DNA of 51,797 bases, the filler included, from Catajapyx aquilonaris (lineage: Eukaryota): NCBI GenBank assembly GCA_000934665.2. It is 3 parts of 3 records of this genome, joined end to end, with 100 filler letters (N's around TTAATTAATTAA, not from the genome) between each part and the next. Parts side by side here need not be neighbours in the genome. Positions count along the whole stretch, not along the records: positions 34,597 to 51,797 come from JYFJ02007010.1; 2 more parts are not named here. One strand, given 5' to 3'. Position 1 is the first letter of the stretch; each line of letters opens with the position of its first letter. The position numbers and the translations under genes were made by a program. Below the pieces are notes generated by a model that saw only the letters and a list, made by a program, of their open reading frames with translations, searched no databases and was not told the origin of the DNA. Of the stretch, positions 51,313 to 51,797 are shown piece by piece.

Positions 51313-51588
51313 TGTATAAGTGTATATATGGCTATCCTTTAGAGTCTAAAGGATAGCCATATATTAAGGAAGTACAGATTCATATCAATTCCGACTAGCT
51401 AAAAAATAAGGAAAAAAGAAAAAAAGATTATAAGTTACAGTTTATGTTACATCCCTTACCAAAATTTGACATTGCCACGAGCTCGCAGTGAGGTCGTGTG
51501 GACCTTGCCACCTCGTATGGAGCTCGCAATCACATCGTGCCACCTCGCAGACCGGATTACTGAACAAATGTTCAAAACTTTCACCTCC

Positions 51589-51797
51589 AGCTCGTGGAAA
51601 GTGACCTCGCCGCGAGCTCGCATTTCACGACGTGTACCTTGCGACCTCGCCCGATGGTCGCAAAACACGACGTCTCCGCGAGCTCGTGGAAAGTGACCCA
51701 GCCGCGAGCTCGCATTTCACGACGTGTACCTTGCGACCTCGCCCGATGGTCGCAAAACACGACGTCTCCGCGAGCTCGTGGGAAGTGACCTCGCCGC
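51589..51797. repeat. 92-bp tandem repeat (at least 2.3 copies, truncated by the window end)
   Basis: Units start at 51589, 51681 and 51773 and are nearly identical. Confidence 0.93.

Noticed and set aside
51589..51797. CRISPR-like array
   Set aside because: Whole 92-bp units repeat with no unique spacers, the context is eukaryotic and there are no cas genes.

Overview
Eukaryotic, arthropod-like (probably insect) genomic DNA. It consists of three ~17.2-kb pieces (1-17175, 17276-34496, 34597-51797) joined by artificial 100-bp linkers (44N-TTAATTAATTAA-44N), so adjacency across the linkers may not be real. Piece 1 holds a head-to-head pair: mitochondrial t6A transferase OSGEPL1 (minus strand, 5 coding exons, 3' end outside the window) and an RBM33-like gene (plus strand, 16 in-phase coding exons, C-terminal RRM missing). 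Piece 2 holds four internal exons of RBBP6 (zinc knuckle and first half of the RING), long introns packed with nested MITEs and SINEs, and a candidate alternative terminal exon with a 3' UTR. Piece 3 holds an intron-retaining HIPK pseudogene fragment, about 10 kb of repeat-poor non-coding DNA, a V-domain tRNA-SINE and a 92-bp tandem array. The most unusual features are several near-perfect foldback transposons of different superfamilies inside transcribed introns. One is a mariner whose 3' transposase half is duplicated as an inverted repeat. No clearly new biological system can be proven from the sequence alone; the leads below are hypotheses.
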